From: a virus
Taxonomy: Duplodnaviria; Caudoviricetes
Direction: 5' to 3' (one strand)
DNA length: 64,000 nt
IMG/VR virus record: IMGVR_UViG_2893967813_000002
Span: 12,653-76,652 of that record
Shown: piece after piece, positions 60,491 through 64,000 of the stretch
Layout of the letters: the number at the start of each line of letters is the position of its first letter
How positions within the stretch are numbered: position 1 is the stretch's first letter
The notes under the pieces: generated by a model
Databases searched by the model: none
What the model was told of the DNA's origin: nothing
Seen by the model: the letters and a program-made list of their open reading frames with translations, nothing else
Made by a program: the position numbers and the translations under genes

Positions 60491-61912
60491 GTGGCTAGAA
60501 AGAAGAAAGAACTTCCATTATTAGAGAAGATAACCATAACAGATGTAGCTGCCGAAGGAAAAGCTTTGGCGAAAGTGAATGACCTGGTAGTATTTGTGCC
60601 TTATGTAGTGCCCGGTGATGTGGTGGATTTACAAGTGAAGCGTAAGAAAAATCATTATGCAGAAGCTGTGGCTGTGAAATTCCATGAGTATTCTCCTGTG
60701 CGTGCAGTACCCTTCTGCCAGCATTATGGTATATGTGGTGGTTGTAAGTGGCAGTGTCTGCCATATACAGAACAAATAAAGTATAAGCAAAAGCAGGTGA
60801 CGGATAATCTGACCCGTATCGGCAAGATCGAATTGCCGGAAATTTCACCTATCATAGGGTCGGAAAAAACGGAGTTTTACCGTAATAAGTTGGAATTTAC
60901 GTTTTCTAACAAACGTTGGCTGACAGAGGAAGAGGTAAAGGAAGATGTGAAGTACGATCAGATGAACGCCGTAGGTTTCCACATTCCCGGTGCATTTGAC
61001 AAGGTACTGGCTATAGAAAAGTGCTGGTTACAGGATGATATCAGCAACCAGATACGCAATGCGATTCGTGACTATGCATACGAACACAATTATTCTTTCT
61101 TTAATCTGCGTTCTCAAGAAGGAATGCTTCGCAACTTGATGATCCGTACTTCGAGTACGGGTGAGCTTATGGTGTTGCTGCAATGCAAGATTGTGGAAGA
61201 GAGCGAAATGGATCTGATGAAGCAACTGCTGGCTTTCGTGGCAGAACGTTTTCCGCAGATTACTTCCTTATTATATGTAGTCAATAACAAATGCAATGAT
61301 ACCATTAACGATCTGGAGGTAATGGTGTTCAAAGGCAACGATCATATTTTCGAGGAAATGGAGGGGTTGCGCTTCAAGATAGGAGCAAAATCATTTTATC
61401 AGACTAATTCCGGACAGGCGTATAATCTTTATAAGGTGGCCCGTAATTTTGCCGGATTGACCGGTAAAGAATTGGTGTATGATCTTTATACAGGGACTGG
61501 AACCATAGCCAACTTTGTTTCACGCCAGGCAAAGAAAGTGATTGGTATCGAATATGTGCCTGAAGCAATAGAAGATGCTAAAGTGAATTCGGCAATTAAT
61601 GGCATTGACAATACCTTATTTTATGCCGGTGACATGAAGGATATCCTCACTCAGGAGTTTATCAACCAACATGGTCGTCCTGATGTTATTATCACTGATC
61701 CTCCGCGTGCCGGAATGCACGATGATGTGATTAATACAATTCTTTTTGCTGAACCTCAGCGGATTGTGTATGTTAGCTGTAATCCTGCCACCCAGGCACG
61801 TGATTTGTCTTTGTTAGATGCCAAATACAAGGTGATGGCCGTGCAACCCGTAGATATGTTCCCTCATACGCATCATGTGGAAAATGTGGTGTTGCTGGAA
61901 AAAAGAGGATAA
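60491..61912 (+). CDS. rlmD: 23S rRNA m5U1939 methyltransferase
   Basis: TRAM domain, CQHYGICGGC, FYQTN, DLYTGTG, DPPRAG, YVSCNP, DMFPHT. Confidence 0.93.
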   Translation: MARKKKELPLLEKITITDVAAEGKALAKVNDLVVFVPYVVPGDVVDLQVKRKKNHYAEAVAVKFHEYSPVRAVPFCQHYGICGGCKWQCLPYTEQIKYKQKQVTDNLTRIGKIELPEISPIIGSEKTEFYRNKLEFTFSNKRWLTEEEVKEDVKYDQMNAVGFHIPGAFDKVLAIEKCWLQDDISNQIRNAIRDYAYEHNYSFFNLRSQEGMLRNLMIRTSSTGELMVLLQCKIVEESEMDLMKQLLAFVAERFPQITSLLYVVNNKCNDTINDLEVMVFKGNDHIFEEMEGLRFKIGAKSFYQTNSGQAYNLYKVARNFAGLTGKELVYDLYTGTGTIANFVSRQAKKVIGIEYVPEAIEDAKVNSAINGIDNTLFYAGDMKDILTQEFINQHGRPDVIITDPPRAGMHDDVINTILFAEPQRIVYVSCNPATQARDLSLLDAKYKVMAVQPVDMFPHTHHVENVVLLEKRG

Positions 61913-61956
61913 TCCGGATAGTTCAATTATAAATTGTTTAAACAGTAAATAGAATT

Positions 61957-62883
61957 ATGTCAAGAGGTAAGAATAGTGATTCCGGCAGGCCAAAGGCGAG
62001 AAGTGTTGCCCGATATACTATATATAATGTGACGGAGCCCGCTGAGCTGATGGATTTTCTGATGCGGAAAATGGCGGGAATCAGTCGTAGCAAGGTAAAG
62101 GCGTTGCTTGCCAACCGCGTGATTTTGGTAGATAATGTGATTACTACCCAATATAATTTCGCATTGAAACCAGGTATGAAAGTGCAGATATCCAAGGTGA
62201 AGAATAATCGTGAGTTTAAACATCCGATGCTGAAACTGGTATACGAGGATGCTTATATCTTGGTGGTGGAAAAGAAGGAGGGACTGCTTTCTGTCAGCAC
62301 AGAACATCAGAAGGAGCGTACTGCACAACATATTTTGAATGAGTATGTAAAACGTTCACATCGTTTCAACCGCGTATTTGTAGTACATCGTCTGGACCGT
62401 GAAACTTCGGGGTTGATGATGTATGCCAAAGATGAAAAAACCCAGAATACTTTACGTGATAATTGGCATGATATTGTGACGGACCGCCGTTATGTGTCTA
62501 TCGTTTCTGGTGATATGGAGAAAGATTACGGTACTGTAGAGTCTTGGTTGACCGACCGGAAATTGTATGTCTATTCCAGTCCTGTAGATAATGGGGAAGG
62601 TAAGTTTGCGGTCACTCATTATAAAACAATAAAGCGGGCCAATGGATATTCATTGGTGGAGTTGGATTTGGAAACAGGACGTAAGAATCAGATTCGTGTG
62701 CATATGTTGGATTTAGGTCACCCTGTTGTTGGTGACCGGCGCTATGGCAGTGAGTGTGATCCTTTAGGACGATTGGCGTTACATGCCTTCAAGTTATGTT
62801 TCTATCATCCGGTAACAAAAGAGTTGATGGAGTTTGAAACTCCTTATCCTACGGCATTTAAAGGATTAATGCAGAAAAAATAG
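61957..62883 (+). CDS. RluA/RluD-family pseudouridine synthase
   Basis: S4-like N-terminus, VHRLDRETSG, TGRKNQIRVH, GDRRYG. Confidence 0.93.
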   Translation: MSRGKNSDSGRPKARSVARYTIYNVTEPAELMDFLMRKMAGISRSKVKALLANRVILVDNVITTQYNFALKPGMKVQISKVKNNREFKHPMLKLVYEDAYILVVEKKEGLLSVSTEHQKERTAQHILNEYVKRSHRFNRVFVVHRLDRETSGLMMYAKDEKTQNTLRDNWHDIVTDRRYVSIVSGDMEKDYGTVESWLTDRKLYVYSSPVDNGEGKFAVTHYKTIKRANGYSLVELDLETGRKNQIRVHMLDLGHPVVGDRRYGSECDPLGRLALHAFKLCFYHPVTKELMEFETPYPTAFKGLMQKK

Positions 62884-62956
62884 AAAGTTTCTTCTGTTAA
62901 AATTAAATATAAGGCTTCTTTGCTTTTATTTTGGGCAGAGATTAAGAATAAAAAAG

Positions 62957-62998
62957 CAATATCCATCCACTTACCAAACTGTAGACGGATGGATATTG
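62957..62998. terminator. Hairpin with A/T tracts on both sides
   Basis: CAATATCCATCC-N18-GGATGGATATTG perfect 12-bp stem. Confidence 0.7.
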
Positions 62999-63096
62999 TT
63001 GTTTTAGAGATTTGGCAGTTTCATTATTAAATTGCCTTTCTTAATGCAAGAATGGTCATGTAGCCCGATTTCCCAATGTTGTATTGATGAATAAAA

Positions 63097-63129
63097 AGGC
63101 TGAAATTCAAGATAAATTTGATTCAGCCT
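63097..63129. terminator. Second intergenic hairpin
   Basis: AGGCTGAA...TTCAGCCT followed by CTTT. Confidence 0.5.
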
Positions 63130-63770
63130 CTTTATTATTGTATCGGCGAAGTGATATTGAATAAAAGAGTTTTTTCAATAGATGTGATCATATAAAATCC
63201 CTATCACAGAGTAGGAAGATTGATTTATTTGTAAAAATATGGGGAGTGTTGCCTGATTGTGTTTTATACTATGCCAAGAAGTATGTTTATGCACGTATGT
63301 CTACATGAAGCTACGCATATGTATGTACGGGTTTGTGCGTATGTATGTGAGTGTGAATCATATAAATCCCCCAAATATAAGGACGTTTTTAAAAAAGATC
63401 AAGAGCTTTTCAAATAACAACAGGAACTTTTTGGAAAAGATAACGAGCTTTTTTAAAAACGTTTTGATCTTTTTTATCGATATCGGAACTCTGTAAACTG
63501 CTATTTCGTGGAAGTACATCTCTTTCATATGCATTTTTGAAATGAAAAAGTCTGAAAGTACCCTGCTTTATATCAAACAGGAATACTTTATAAAAAAGAA
63601 TATATAGTTGACAGCAAGCGTATTATGCGAAAATCTGCTTTAAAATATAGTGAGGGTATGAGGGCATAAGTGAGAGCAAATATTTTTACTATAATCATGT
63701 AAGATGTTTATAATTAGATTGTTATATGTAAAATGAGAGCATGAGGGCATAAGCATTCCAGAATAATAAT

Positions 63771-64000
63771 GGCTCAGCGGAAATTTCTGGTTGGTAAGTT
63801 TTAAAATTAGCTATCTTTGCTTACCTTTGTTTTATGAAACCCGAACGACTCCTTCGTGCCATCCTTCCGGATGTGCTTATAGACAACTTTGATATTGTCA
63901 ATTTCGACAAGAGTGCTGACCGTTTTGATATTTATCTTGATGAAAAAAAAGTTCAGCTAAAAGAAGATAAGACCAACCCGGATATCATATCCTATGGTTT
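63771..64000 (+). mobile_element. Left end of ISL3/ISAon1-like insertion sequence
   Basis: Begins GGCTC after AT-rich ATAATAAT; ORF from 63834 MKPERLLRAILPDVLIDNFD...IYLDEK...ISYGF resembles ISAon1 transposase N-terminal proteins; truncated. Confidence 0.6.

Noticed and set aside
1-64000. Second DGR target (additional VR)
   Set aside because: No other TR-like copy noticed by eye; a BLASTN of TR against the whole genome is needed to exclude one.
1-64000. tRNA or rRNA genes, including a tRNA att site
   Set aside because: No cloverleaf or T-loop signature recognised; the boundary abuts ppdK.

Overview
Most of the window (1 to about 57,500) is the right-hand part of a large temperate prophage in a Bacteroidales chromosome (TAnnTTTG promoters; Bacteroides/Phocaeicola-type host genes). 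It ends in a tyrosine integrase next to the 3' end of host ppdK; rlmD, an RluA-family gene and the start of an ISL3/ISAon1-like IS follow. The phage part contains replication/methylation genes, a podovirus-like virion set (portal, capsid, scaffold, TerL, adaptors, nozzle-like protein, ejection proteins, no tape measure), a lysis cassette, and a ~5,800-aa polyvalent DarB-like protein split by three frameshifts. It also carries a complete diversity-generating retroelement (DGR): RT 15392-16879, TR 16985-17094, and VR 17969-18078 in a 2646-aa adhesin, with 7/7 mismatches at TR adenines. Top leads: (1) no avd is visible in the DGR; a HigBA-type toxin-antitoxin operon occupies that slot and appears to provide the promoter for TR+RT, and the RT has an extra ~110-aa C-terminal domain; (2) a probable phage late-promoter motif, GTAAAAGGATAA-like-N24-TAnnTTTG, occurs six times with identical spacing; (3) a two-motif palindromic iteron-like array lies far from the initiator gene. 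Many ORF breaks, including one in host ppdK, are 1-bp deletions, mostly in short homopolymers, and are probably sequencing errors. All family assignments come from motif recognition by eye, not database searches.
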